From: Alphaproteobacteria bacterium | GTDB lineage: Bacteria; Pseudomonadota; Alphaproteobacteria; ATCC43930; CGMCC-115725 | NCBI GenBank assembly: GCA_019237175.1 | Contig: JAFAHP010000280.1 | Span: forward strand, 1-34,469 | Direction of reading: 5' to 3' | Length of the DNA stretch: 34,469 nucleotides | In this document: one piece after another, positions 17,485 through 26,841 of the stretch | How positions within the stretch are numbered: the first letter of the stretch is position 1 | Layout: each line of letters begins with the position of its first letter | Made by a program: the position numbers and the translations under genes | The notes under the pieces: generated by a model | Seen by the model: only the letters and a program-made list of their open reading frames with translations | Databases searched by the model: none | What the model was told of the DNA's origin: nothing

Positions 17485-17907
17485 ATGCCAGTCAAGGCCG
17501 GAGTCATTCGCGCGGGAGCGCGCACGACAAGGCGGGGTGCGGCGGAGAATTTCACCGGGGTCGTTTTTCAGGATCCCGTACTCACGGCCGAACCGCCGTC
17601 GCGCCTGGGTGGGTCGGTCGTGACGTTCACACCGGGCGCGCGCACCGCATGGCACGCACACCCGGTTGGGCAGACCCTATTCTGTATATCGGGCGTCGGC
17701 CGGATCTGCTTCAAAGGCGAGAAACCGCAGGTGCTGAATCCCGGCGATACGGTTAATATCCCACCGGATACTTTGCACTGGCACGGTGCAGCGCCCGATC
17801 GTCTTTTCTCGCACCTAGCCTTGTCGGAGGTCGGCGAGCGGGGCCAAGGCACCTCGTGGGGTTCGCACGTCACCGATGCCGAGTACAACGAGGCTCCGAC
17901 AACCTGA
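17485..17907 (+). CDS. Cupin domain-containing protein (family often annotated as (R)-mandelonitrile lyase-like)
   Basis: 140 aa with cupin motifs VTFTPGARTAWHAHPVGQTL and PGDTVNIPPDTLHWHGA. GGAGGG lies upstream of the ATG. Confidence 0.8.
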   Translation: MPVKAGVIRAGARTTRRGAAENFTGVVFQDPVLTAEPPSRLGGSVVTFTPGARTAWHAHPVGQTLFCISGVGRICFKGEKPQVLNPGDTVNIPPDTLHWHGAAPDRLFSHLALSEVGERGQGTSWGSHVTDAEYNEAPTT

Positions 17908-18063
17908 TTGGGTCTCTTTTGCTAGGGACGGCGTGGCCAAAAGCCAGCGCCATCCCGCTTCGCAATACATCGCCCGAGAATTCCGGCGCCACCGGTGACC
18001 GGCGGCGGCCCGCTTCGCGATCACTTCGAAATTTTGCCGCTCGGCCTGCGAGCTACGGCGTTG

Positions 18064-18690
18064 TTACTCGCGCCCGCGCCGCAGATGGCGCCACACATAC
18101 CACCCTGCTCCGATTAGGATTAGCGCAACGGCAAGCCAGTCGAAACGTTGGAAAAAGGCGTGCAAACGCTGATCGATATCCCACTGCTGTCCGAGCCGGT
18201 AGCCGATATAAGCGAGCGCAAAACACCACGGCCACGACCCGACAAAGGTATAAACCTGAAATTTCAGCTGCGGCAGGCGAGCGATACCCGCGGGTAAGGC
18301 AATGAAGGTGCGTATGACCGGCAGCAATCGCCCAACTAGGACCGCGGTCCCACCCCACCGGGCGAAGAACCGGTCGGCCGCGCCGAGATCGCGTCGACTG
18401 ACCAGAATGTAGGGTCCCCACCGCTCGACGAGCGGTCGTCCGCCATAACGCCCGACGGCGTATGCAACGGTCGATCCGATATTACAACCGAGGGCCCCGG
18501 CCGTGGCGACAAAAAACAAATCGAAGCGGCCGGTCGAGGCGAGGTAACCGGAGAACGGCATGATGATTTCCGAAGGGAGCGGAATGCACGCCGACTCGAT
18601 CGCCATCAGCCCGACGATGCCGAGATAGCCGGTCCCGGAAATCGTCGCGACGACAAAGACCGCTAGCGAAGCCGAAAAGTTGGCGAACAT
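18064..18690 (-). CDS. DedA family membrane protein
   Basis: Typical DedA/SNARE-associated blocks (GLMAIESACIPLPSEIIMPFSGYLA, GRLLPVIRTFIALPAGIARLP). Start trimmed to ATG 18690 (MFANFSASL...). The longer ORF would overlap the upstream SDR gene. Confidence 0.82.
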   Translation of the reverse strand: MFANFSASLAVFVVATISGTGYLGIVGLMAIESACIPLPSEIIMPFSGYLASTGRFDLFFVATAGALGCNIGSTVAYAVGRYGGRPLVERWGPYILVSRRDLGAADRFFARWGGTAVLVGRLLPVIRTFIALPAGIARLPQLKFQVYTFVGSWPWCFALAYIGYRLGQQWDIDQRLHAFFQRFDWLAVALILIGAGWYVWRHLRRGRE

Positions 18691-18856
18691 CAGCCGTGTT
18701 TCGCCATCGCAGCAGCCGTCCGCGCAACCAGCGTTGAGACTCTGGGCGGGCTCCCCCTGCCCCGACCCCGCAACCGCCTGCGACCGAGGGAAGGAGGGGA
18801 ATAGGGCGCTGAGGAAATGAGCTTCCTTTTGGCAGCGTGGCCAAACGACACGTCGC

Positions 18857-19798
18857 TCAGTGAGCGGCAACCGGCGGCAGGCCTGCATCGCGGCGCGTCT
18901 CATTGATGATCTGCAGCACGCGTTCCCGGTAGGGCCGGTATTGTACCCCGAATTCCTCGACGAGACGGCTGTTGTCGATCAGGTAGTTGCCGGAAATATC
19001 TTTGCCGCCAGTATCCTTGTCAAAGCTGATCTGTACGTCGGGCAGGTATTCGCGGACGATCTCGGCAATCTCGCCGAGGCTAATGGCGACGCCGCCCGTA
19101 TTGTAGACCCAGTTCTTTGTCTGGTCGGCCATGATCACACGCGCAAAGATCTCAGCCACTTCGTCGACATGGATCGGGCAGCGCATGGCGTCCTTGAACG
19201 GGAACGAGATCGGCTGGCCGCGCGCCGGGAAGGTGATGATTTTGACGTGGTCGACCGACCCGACAATCTTGTCGTTGCCGGTGACGTTGGCCGGGCGGAT
19301 TGCGGAAATGTCGAGCCCGTGCTTTTCCCGATAATCCTGCGCTTGCCATTCGTTGAAGATCTTGTGCATCGCATATTGCACATGACCATGCCGGAAATCG
19401 TCTTCGTTGACGGTGCGATCGCCATAGAAATGCTGTTCCCCGCTGACCGCTAATGAACTCGCATAGGCCACACGCCGGACGTCGCATAGCCGCGCCGCCT
19501 CGAAGCAGTTGTCCATGCCGAGGATATTGAGCTTGAAGGCGACCCGCGGCGGATATTCGCTGCCGAGGAAATAGGCGAGATTGACGACCCGCTCGGGCTT
19601 AGCCGCTGTCATGACCGCCATTACGTCGTCAAACTGGCTGACATCGCCGCGGACGACCCGCACCTGCTTGCCGTGGGCCTCATAATTGGCAGTTGCGGGG
19701 TTGATGTCCATGCAAACGATTTCTTCGCCGCGCTGCGCCAGCAGCGGAACCAGCCGGCGCCCGATAAACCCGGTGCCGCCGATCACGAGTATCGACAT
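18857..19798 (-). CDS. NAD-dependent epimerase/dehydratase family (extended SDR) protein
   Basis: Rossmann motif ILVIGGTGFIGRRL at the N-terminus and catalytic YAMHK (YxxxK). Start trimmed to ATG 19798. Confidence 0.82.
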   Translation of the reverse strand: MSILVIGGTGFIGRRLVPLLAQRGEEIVCMDINPATANYEAHGKQVRVVRGDVSQFDDVMAVMTAAKPERVVNLAYFLGSEYPPRVAFKLNILGMDNCFEAARLCDVRRVAYASSLAVSGEQHFYGDRTVNEDDFRHGHVQYAMHKIFNEWQAQDYREKHGLDISAIRPANVTGNDKIVGSVDHVKIITFPARGQPISFPFKDAMRCPIHVDEVAEIFARVIMADQTKNWVYNTGGVAISLGEIAEIVREYLPDVQISFDKDTGGKDISGNYLIDNSRLVEEFGVQYRPYRERVLQIINETRRDAGLPPVAAH

Positions 19799-19927
19799 CG
19801 CTTTCCTCCCCAGAGATGGCTCGCGTGACGTTAATCGCCGGCACCGGGTTCGGCAAGGAGCCTGCTTTCGCATGGCAGATATCCGGGGTAAGCTCCCCAA
19901 AACGGTCAGACAAAGAGGTCCTCAGTG

Positions 19928-21160
19928 ATGGCCGCCGTGATCTTTGCTAATTGCGCGGTTCTCGACGGCAGCCATAACGAGCGCCGTGAGGACCATCACG
20001 TTCTAGTTGAAGACGGGATTATTCGCGAGGTGGTGGATCGGCCGATCAGGTATGAAGCCGCCGAGATCGTCGATCTTGCCGGCGACACGCTGATGCCGGG
20101 GCTGATCGATGCACACGTTCATGTGATCGCCGTCGATGCTGCGCTCGCCCGCCTGTCTGACCGGCCGGTTACATTGTTGACCTTGCAGGCGGCGCGCGTG
20201 CTTGAAGGGATGCTGCAGCGCGGCTTCACGACGATCCGCGATGCCGGCGGGGCCGATGGCGGCCTGGCGCAAGCGGTCGAAGAGGGCTTGGTGCGGGGAC
20301 CGCGCATCTTTCCATCGGGCTTGGCGCTGAGCCAGACGGGCGGACACGGTGATGCGCGACCGCGCACGCAGTCGGTCGTCACCTGTGCGTGCTGCGAGGG
20401 CGGCATCAATCTCTCGCGCGTCGCCGACGGCGTCACCGAATGTCGCCGTGCATCGCGCGACGAGCTGCGCAAAGGGGCGACACAAATCAAGATCATGGCT
20501 TCCGGGGGTGTGGCCTCGCCCTACGACCCGGTGTGGAATTTGCAGTACAGCGAAGAAGAGGTGTGCGCGATCGTCGAGGAGGCGAGGGCGTGGCGCACTT
20601 ATGTGCTGGCGCACGCCTATACGCCCGAGGCGATCCGCCGTTCGATCGATTTTGGCGTCCGCTCGATCGAGCACGGCAATCTGATCGACCGCGCCACCGC
20701 CGAGCACGTCGCCAACGCCGATGCCTTTGTCGTGCCGACACTGGTCACCTACGATGCGTTGCACCGCCACGGCCGTGAGCTGGGCTTTCCCGACATCAGC
20801 ATGGCCAAGCTGGCCGAAGTGCGCGAGGCGGGGCTGAATTCGCTCGAAATATTGCAAGCCGCCGGTGTGCGGATCGGCTACGGCACCGACCTGTTGGGCC
20901 CGATGCATCGCTATCAGTCCCGCGAGTTCGTGATCCGCGCCGAGGCAATGGCGCCCTTCGACATCATCCGCGCGGCCACGACGATCAATGCCGAGCTCTT
21001 AAATCGATCGGGCGAGATCGGCGTCATCGCCCCCGGCAGCCGCGCCGATTTGATTGCGGTAGACGGCGATCCGCTCGCCGACATCTCGGTGCTCGACGGC
21101 CAGGGCGAGCACCTGACCCACATCATGAAGGACGGCGTGTTCTATAAGCGCTCGTCGTGA
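19928..21160 (+). CDS. Amidohydrolase family metal-dependent hydrolase
   Basis: MPGLIDAHVHV (HxH metal site), a later H in LAHAYTPEA and SIEHGN, and GYGTDL near the C-terminal metal Asp. About 410 aa. ATG 19928, or GTG 19925. Confidence 0.8.
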   Translation: MAAVIFANCAVLDGSHNERREDHHVLVEDGIIREVVDRPIRYEAAEIVDLAGDTLMPGLIDAHVHVIAVDAALARLSDRPVTLLTLQAARVLEGMLQRGFTTIRDAGGADGGLAQAVEEGLVRGPRIFPSGLALSQTGGHGDARPRTQSVVTCACCEGGINLSRVADGVTECRRASRDELRKGATQIKIMASGGVASPYDPVWNLQYSEEEVCAIVEEARAWRTYVLAHAYTPEAIRRSIDFGVRSIEHGNLIDRATAEHVANADAFVVPTLVTYDALHRHGRELGFPDISMAKLAEVREAGLNSLEILQAAGVRIGYGTDLLGPMHRYQSREFVIRAEAMAPFDIIRAATTINAELLNRSGEIGVIAPGSRADLIAVDGDPLADISVLDGQGEHLTHIMKDGVFYKRSS

Positions 21161-21163
21161 TCA

Positions 21164-21463
21164 CTAGGCCGGGGGCGCTTCGGTCGCGAGTTTGCCGAAT
21201 TCCTCCGGCGTCATCGCCCGCACCGTCGTCGTGCGGGCATTGCCGGTCGCCATCAACGACACGGCGAACTTCGTCATCGCGTCGCCATTCGGCATGTCGA
21301 GCGTCAGGACCACGTCGTACTGGCCTGTCGTCACATAGGCGCTGACGAGCCGGCCGCCCAATTTCTCGGCGGCCGCTTTGGCCCCGGCGTGGCGCATCGG
21401 CGCATCCGCGGCCGCCTTCGCGGCCTGCTCGGTCCAGTTCAGGAAGCACATGAATGTCGGCAT
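21164..21463 (-). CDS. GYD domain-containing protein
   Basis: 99-aa core MPTFMCFLNWTEQ...TTGQYDVVLTLDMPNGDAMTKFAVSLMATGNARTTTVRAMT matches the GYD family pattern. A strong SD (AGGAGGGGAGG) precedes ATG 21463. The track's longer ORF (to 21616) has no support. Confidence 0.78.
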   Translation of the reverse strand: MPTFMCFLNWTEQAAKAAADAPMRHAGAKAAAEKLGGRLVSAYVTTGQYDVVLTLDMPNGDAMTKFAVSLMATGNARTTTVRAMTPEEFGKLATEAPPA

Positions 21464-21570
21464 CGAACACCTCCCCTCCTCGTTTGCGCGCTGACAATAA
21501 TCGGGTGCTCCAAAGCATGCATGCGAATTTCCCATTGCAACCCGGTTCGCGCCACTGCCCGGATGCTCGT

Positions 21571-21595
21571 GAACTCGGGGGGCCACCCCGAGTTC
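21571..21595. repeat. Perfect 10-bp inverted repeat (GAACTCGGGG-ggcca-CCCCGAGTTC)
   Basis: Read directly from the sequence. It lies in non-coding DNA about 110 nt upstream of the GYD gene. Neither strand has a following U-tract. Confidence 0.7.
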
Positions 21596-21703
21596 GCCGC
21601 GATGCCGTAGCGACATCCGGTAGATCTCAACGCTCTCCCCATTTGGAGGGCTGCTCGCAGCGATGGCATGCGATCGGAAATCCGGAGACCTTTCGCGGCA
21701 TCG

Positions 21704-21737
21704 CCAAGCTTACCCTCTTTCCAAGCTTACCCTCTTT
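21704..21737. repeat. Perfect tandem duplication, 2 x 17 bp (CCAAGCTTACCCTCTTT)
   Basis: Copy 1 (21704-21720) and copy 2 (21721-21737) are identical and directly abutting. The repeat lies in the 364-nt non-coding stretch between the GYD gene and the hisD-like fragment. Confidence 0.9.
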
Positions 21738-21827
21738 TACGAGTCTGGCGCGACGAGCTGCGGTTCGCGCAAACGGTGCCGTCGAGGGGACGCGGGGGGT
21801 CAGCCTCATCCGGTGGGCTGGCGCGCT

Positions 21828-22163
21828 CTATTCAGCGGCGTTTTTGTGTCCATACCGGCGGATGCGCAGGTCGGCCTGCTCCTTGTGACCCCAAAAGCGT
21901 TCGATCGCGCATAGCCGACTGCAATATTCGCCGATCATCGCACTCGCCTCGGGGGTTTTGATTTCCTGGTAGGTGCAGGTCTTCAGAAACTTACCGACCC
22001 ACAGCCCGCCGGTATAGCGCGCCGCCCGCTTGGTCGGGAGCGTGTGGTTGGTGCCGATGACCTTGTCGCCATAGGAGACGTTGGTCTCGGGGCCGAGGAA
22101 TAGAGCGCCGTAGTTGTGGGCCCATAGGTCCCCGCCTCCGCAGGGACAGCAGCTTTTGTAAGG
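21828..22163 (-). pseudogene. 3' fragment (about the last 100 codons) of a histidinol dehydrogenase-family gene (HisD/HpsN-like); no start codon and no N-terminal three-quarters
   Basis: My minus-strand translation is ...[100 protein letters not shown]. It contains the family's G-x-NH-x-LPT block and C-terminal helix. The frame is closed by TGA at 22164-22166, and recognisable similarity begins around 22130. Confidence 0.75.
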
Positions 22164-22190
22164 TCAAGTGGTTCGCCAACAAAACCTAGC

Positions 22191-22265
22191 TGGCTGGGGC
22201 GGGAGGATTCGAACCTCCGTATGGCGGAATCAAAATCCGCTGCCTTACCACTTGGCTACGCCCCA
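22191..22265 (-). tRNA. tRNA-Gln (anticodon UUG), CCA encoded
   Basis: Minus-strand sequence: UGGGGCG UA GCCAAGUGGUAAGGCA G CGGAU-UUUUGAU-UCCGC CAUAC GGAGG-UUCGAAU-CCUCC CGCCCCA G CCA. The cloverleaf folds by hand, and the anticodon loop UUUUGAU gives UUG. It is very similar in layout to E. coli tRNA-Gln. Confidence 0.93.
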
Positions 22266-22281
22266 CCAATGCGTTTGAAAC

Positions 22282-23166
22282 TTAACGGGAAACCTCGCTT
22301 GCGGCAACCAAGCTGCCGCTGGCGGACCACCAGTCCGGTTCGGATGCGGCGAGAGCTCGGTGCGCCCGCTCTGCCGCAGCGCGGTCGACGAAGAGAGCAA
22401 AACAGGTAGCGCCGCTGCCGCTCATCCGCGCGAGCAAAGCGTCCGGTAGTCGCGCAAGTGCCGTCAGCACATCGCCGATCGCCGGAACCAAGGCGAGTGC
22501 CGCCGAAGTTAGGCCGTTGCAATACTTTTCGAGCGCCCGGGCGAGTTCAACGGCGCTGCCCGGCATCGGTGAAAACCGCGCAGCGATGCCATCGAACGGG
22601 CCGCTTCGCGCCGCGAACACCGCCGCCGTAGGCAGCGGACAGCGCGGGTTCGCCAACACTATACCGGCGTCGGGAAAAGCCGGCGCAGGATCGATTCGCT
22701 CGCCTATGCCACCGACCCAGGCGGCGCACGCCTGCAGGCAAGCGGGGACATCAGCTCCGATCCGACTGCCAAGCACGGCCAGCGCCGTTGCATTCAGCGG
22801 CAGCCGCCAGAGGCTGCACAGCGCGCGCAGCGCAGCTGCCGCATCGCTCGATCCGCCGCCGAGGCCGGCGGCAATGGGCAAGTTCTTCTCGAGACGCAGA
22901 GCCGCGGTGGGAACTATCCCCGCTTGCTCGGCCAGCGCGCGGGCAGCACGCAGCACCAGATTTTCCTCGCCGCGGGCATCAAGGCAAGCGGCCTCTGGCC
23001 CGGTGACCTCAAGGGACAACGATTTGCTTGGCCAAGCCGTCACCCAATCGCCAACGTCGGCAAAGGCAACAAGGCTGTCGATCAGATGATACCCGTCCGC
23101 GCGACGTCCGATCACGTGAAGAAAAAGATTGACTTTTGCAGGCGCAAACGAGCTGACCGTGGTCAC
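22282..23166 (-). CDS. ispE: 4-(cytidine 5'-diphospho)-2-C-methyl-D-erythritol kinase
   Basis: N-terminus APAKVNLFLHVIGRRADGYHLIDSLVAF and the GHMP kinase motif LPIAAGLGGGSSDAAA. The stop lies 16 nt upstream of the tRNA-Gln 5' end. Confidence 0.9.
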   Translation of the reverse strand: MTTVSSFAPAKVNLFLHVIGRRADGYHLIDSLVAFADVGDWVTAWPSKSLSLEVTGPEAACLDARGEENLVLRAARALAEQAGIVPTAALRLEKNLPIAAGLGGGSSDAAAALRALCSLWRLPLNATALAVLGSRIGADVPACLQACAAWVGGIGERIDPAPAFPDAGIVLANPRCPLPTAAVFAARSGPFDGIAARFSPMPGSAVELARALEKYCNGLTSAALALVPAIGDVLTALARLPDALLARMSGSGATCFALFVDRAAAERAHRALAASEPDWWSASGSLVAASEVSR

Positions 23167-23172
23167 CGGACC

Positions 23173-24900
23173 CTAGCCGCCTCCGGCCTTGGTCGTCACC
23201 GGCAGACCACGGTCGAGCTTGGCTTCGATCGGCTTGACATCTTCCTTATCGGGCTTGAATTGCAGGGCGCGGCGCCATTGATAACGCGCTTCCGTGATGC
23301 GTCCGCTCTTCCAATACGCGTCGCCCAGATGATCGTTGATCGTCGGATCTTGAGGAACCAGTTCAAGTGCTTTTTCTAAATATTCGACGGCACTTGCATA
23401 GTCCCCCAATCGGTAATGCGCCCATCCAAGGCTATCCACGATATATCCGTCGTCCGGCCGCAGTTCGACCGCCTTTTCGATCATCTTTAATCCGCGATGC
23501 AATTTTTCGCCGCGGTCGATCCAGGAATAGCCAAGATAGTTTAGCACCAACGGCTGATCGGGTTTGAGCTCAAGCGCGTGCTCAAGATCCGCTTCGGCCA
23601 GCTTCCACTGGTTCGAGCGCTCATAGGTGATCCCGCGACTATAATAAAGCGACCAGCGCGCCGGCATGACTTCGGCTTTCAACCGCCTGATTGCCTCGCT
23701 GTAGACCTCGGCCGCCTCAGAGTATCGCTTTTGTTCGCGCAGCAAATCGCCGAGCTGGATCTCGGCGGATGCCCAATGCGGCTCCTTTGCCGCCATCGCC
23801 TGCAGCTCGGCGGTCGCCTCGTCGATGCGGTCAAGCGCTTCAAGATTGGCGGCAGCGCGCAGTCGCGCCGACCATGAGTATCGCGAATTCGACGGAATCT
23901 GGGCCAGCACCGCGAGGCTCTGCTCGGGCTTTCCCTGATCGGTCAGGATGTCGGCGAGCAGCAATTGGGCCACCGTCAGGTTCGGCTCGAGCTGGAGCGC
24001 GCAACGGGTGTAGAGCAGGGCGAGATCGATCGTCTCTGGCCGATTGACCACACTCGCCAAATCGAATAGCGCTTCCGCAAGACCATCGGCGGCAGACCGA
24101 ATCAGCGGAGCGGGCGGCCCCGCCGGTTTATAGGATTGCACGGCTTCTGCGAGCTCGCTGCCCGGGTTCTCCTTGACAAAACGGCTATAAATCGCAAAGC
24201 CCTCGTCGCGACGCCCATGCCGCAAATAGAAATTGGCCATCGCATCGGCAAGCCGCCAGTTGAGCTGGCCGGTCGCGGTCAGGGTCTTTTTGTAAAACTC
24301 TTCAGCCTTCACCGAATTTCCAGCAAAATCGTACATCAGGCCAAGCTGAAAGTATTCGAGAGGAGCAAATCCGTCGAATTTTTCGAGGTCTTTGAGGGCC
24401 GCCTCCGCCCCGTGCAGATTGCCGATCGCCATCCGGGTCCAGGCGCGCGCTACCGGGCTGACATAACGGTGCAGCCCGTCGTCCGGCAGCGCCTCGGCCC
24501 GCGCCAAAGCGTCGGCGCTGTCGCCCGCTCTAGCCCGGTCGATCAACAGGACGAGGTCGGCGACGGCGTCAGAATTGTCGAGCTTCAACGCCTTTTTGGC
24601 GAGGGTTACGGCGCGGTCGAAATGGCCGTCATTGGCTTCCATCAAAAAGGTGCGGCTAATCAGCTCGGGTGATTGCGGGTCAGCGCGCAGAGCGCCCTCG
24701 TACCACGAGGCCGCCGCGCCGAACGCGCTCTCTTCCTGTGCGTGTCGGCCCGCCAGATAGGCGCCGTAAGGCGACACTGCCGGCGGCACCGCCGCCTCCG
24801 TATTGGCGGCGACCGCGGTTGCCGTCGTGTGGGGAGCGCCAACCAAGACAAGTCCCGCCGCGGCCGCGATCCCCGCCCACTTGCGCACCAATTTCGTCAT
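23173..24900 (-). CDS. Tetratricopeptide-repeat protein with N-terminal signal peptide
   Basis: Multiple TPR units (for example LGYSWIDRGEKLHRGLKMIEKAVELRPDDGYIVDSLGWAHYRLGDYASAVEYLEKALEL). Signal-like N-terminus MTKLVRKWAGIAAAAGLVLVGA. Start trimmed to ATG 24900. Confidence 0.8.
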   Translation of the reverse strand: MTKLVRKWAGIAAAAGLVLVGAPHTTATAVAANTEAAVPPAVSPYGAYLAGRHAQEESAFGAAASWYEGALRADPQSPELISRTFLMEANDGHFDRAVTLAKKALKLDNSDAVADLVLLIDRARAGDSADALARAEALPDDGLHRYVSPVARAWTRMAIGNLHGAEAALKDLEKFDGFAPLEYFQLGLMYDFAGNSVKAEEFYKKTLTATGQLNWRLADAMANFYLRHGRRDEGFAIYSRFVKENPGSELAEAVQSYKPAGPPAPLIRSAADGLAEALFDLASVVNRPETIDLALLYTRCALQLEPNLTVAQLLLADILTDQGKPEQSLAVLAQIPSNSRYSWSARLRAAANLEALDRIDEATAELQAMAAKEPHWASAEIQLGDLLREQKRYSEAAEVYSEAIRRLKAEVMPARWSLYYSRGITYERSNQWKLAEADLEHALELKPDQPLVLNYLGYSWIDRGEKLHRGLKMIEKAVELRPDDGYIVDSLGWAHYRLGDYASAVEYLEKALELVPQDPTINDHLGDAYWKSGRITEARYQWRRALQFKPDKEDVKPIEAKLDRGLPVTTKAGGG

Positions 24901-24932
24901 GTGTTCACTCGTTTGCCTATCGCCGACCATCA

Positions 24933-26570
24933 TCACATATTCGGATAATTCGGGCCGCCGCCTCCCTCCGGTACGACCCAGTCAATGTTCTGCTCCGGAT
25001 CTTTGATGTCGCATGTCTTACAGTGCACGCAATTTTGCGCATTGATTTGCAAATACGGGCTGCTCGCCCCTTCCGGATGAACGATCTCATAGACCGCCGC
25101 CGGACAATACCGCTGTTCCGGCGAATCGTAGAGCCGATAATTGACCGCGATCGCTTTTGCCGGATCGCGCAAGCGCAAATGCGGGGGTTGGTCTTCCTCG
25201 TGATTGGTGTTCGAGATGAAGACCGACGACAACCGGTCGAATGTGATCCGACCGTCGGGTTGCGGATAGGTAATTTTGTGCGCTGCGTTGGCCGGCGCCA
25301 GTTGCGTATGATCGGCGTGGTGATGAAATGTCCACGGGGCGGCGGCGCGCAAAATGTAGGTGTCGAACGCCGAATAAGCGAGCCCGGCCCACAGCCCCCA
25401 ACGAAAGCTCGGGCGGAGGTTGCGCACCCTGCGCAACTCGTCCCACACCCAGCTCTCTTCGAGGGCTCGCCGGACAGAAGCCGGCTGGTCGCCATTGAGC
25501 CGGCGGAACACGGCTTCAGCAGCGACCATGCCCGATTTCATCGCGGTGTGGCTGCCTTTGATCTTGGGAACATTCATAAATCCGGCGGCGGCGCCGATCA
25601 GTGCGCCACCCGGAAAATCGAGCCGCGGGATCGACTGGAACCCCCCTTCATTCAACGCGCGCGCACCATAGGCGATGCGCCGTCCGCCTTCGAAAAAAGG
25701 GCGGATCGCGGGATGGGTCTTCAACCGCTGAAATTCTTCGAAGGGCGAAAGATAGGGATTCTTGTAATCGAGCCCAACCACAAGACCCACCGAGATTAGC
25801 CGGTCTTCGAGATGGTACAAAAAGGAGCCGCCATAAGTGCTGGCGTCGAGCGGCCAGCCCACGGTGTGGATTACGAGACCGGGCCGGTGCTGTGACGGGT
25901 CTGCCTCCCACAATTCCTTGATGCCGATCGCATAGGTTTGCGGATCGATGCCGTCGCGCAAATGGAAACGTTCGATCAAGGTCTTGGTCAGCGACCCGCG
26001 GCAGCCTTCAGCAAACAAGGTCTCCTTTGCGCGCAATTCGACGCCTGGCTGGTGGCGCTCGGTCGGCCTTCCGTCCTTGCCGATTCCCATATCCCCGGTC
26101 GCGACCCCGCAGACCCGCCCGGCATTGTCGTAAAGAACCTCGGCCGCCGCGAAGCCGGGATAGATCTCAACGCCCAGCGCCTCGGCTTGCCCCGCCAGCC
26201 AGCGGCACAGATTGCCGAGGCTGATGATGTAGTTGCCGTGGTTCTTCATTTGCGGAGGGGTCGGCAGCCGCAGCGCGCGGGAGCGGGTCAGCAACAAAAA
26301 GCGGTCGTCGCTCGCCGGGGTGTTGAGCGGTGCACCGCGATAGCGCCAGTCAGGAATGAGCTCGTTAAGCGCCCGCGGCTCGAACACCGCGCCCGAGATG
26401 ATATGAGCGCCGACCTCCGAGCCCTTCTCGACGACGCAAACCGCGATTTCGCGCTCGGCGGCAGCGGCCAGCTGCTTGATGCGGATCGCCGCGGCGAGAC
26501 CCGCCGGTCCGGCGCCGACGACGACCATGTCGTATTCCATGACTTCGCGCGCCGGCCGCTCCTCGCCCAT
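24933..26570 (-). CDS. Electron-transfer flavoprotein:ubiquinone oxidoreductase (ETF-QO)
   Basis: FAD fold [19 protein letters not shown]-terminal 4Fe-4S region [13 protein letters not shown] and the tail [15 protein letters not shown]. Start trimmed to ATG 26570, preceded by GGAGG. Confidence 0.9.
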   Translation of the reverse strand: MGEERPAREVMEYDMVVVGAGPAGLAAAIRIKQLAAAAEREIAVCVVEKGSEVGAHIISGAVFEPRALNELIPDWRYRGAPLNTPASDDRFLLLTRSRALRLPTPPQMKNHGNYIISLGNLCRWLAGQAEALGVEIYPGFAAAEVLYDNAGRVCGVATGDMGIGKDGRPTERHQPGVELRAKETLFAEGCRGSLTKTLIERFHLRDGIDPQTYAIGIKELWEADPSQHRPGLVIHTVGWPLDASTYGGSFLYHLEDRLISVGLVVGLDYKNPYLSPFEEFQRLKTHPAIRPFFEGGRRIAYGARALNEGGFQSIPRLDFPGGALIGAAAGFMNVPKIKGSHTAMKSGMVAAEAVFRRLNGDQPASVRRALEESWVWDELRRVRNLRPSFRWGLWAGLAYSAFDTYILRAAAPWTFHHHADHTQLAPANAAHKITYPQPDGRITFDRLSSVFISNTNHEEDQPPHLRLRDPAKAIAVNYRLYDSPEQRYCPAAVYEIVHPEGASSPYLQINAQNCVHCKTCDIKDPEQNIDWVVPEGGGGPNYPNM

Positions 26571-26841
26571 CCTGCCTCCGCCGTCGTTCAGCCAAGAGTA
26601 TACGGGATCGCGGCGACAACAGGCATCATCCCGCATCGGCCGGCGGGAGGCGGGGCGGGATTGGCGGGACGGGCGGGTGCACGCCGGCTTCAGGCCAAAA
26701 ATCGATAGGCCCGCTTTTAGCCCACTTGCTCCCTCGGATTCCGAGTCTCCTTCGCCTGCGAGGCGCTATCCTCGCGCCATCAGAGCGACTATTTTCAGTC
26801 CAGGTGACCACCTGCCAAGCCGTGCCCAGACCCGCTGCTCC

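Noticed and set aside
17270-22190. Search for an att-like direct repeat of the tRNA-Gln 3' end (GGATTCGAACCTCC...CCAGCCA) that would delimit an integrated island.
   Set aside because: I found no second copy by eye (TTCGAA-containing sites at about 18024 and 16885 do not match), and there is no integrase gene. The island idea is kept only as a low-confidence inference.
26571-26841. Possible FMN riboswitch or other leader in the 271-nt ETF-QO/ribF divergent intergenic region.
   Set aside because: I could not recognise the conserved FMN (RFN) element core, and ribF is not a usual target of that riboswitch. Without a covariance-model scan I cannot support any RNA element here.
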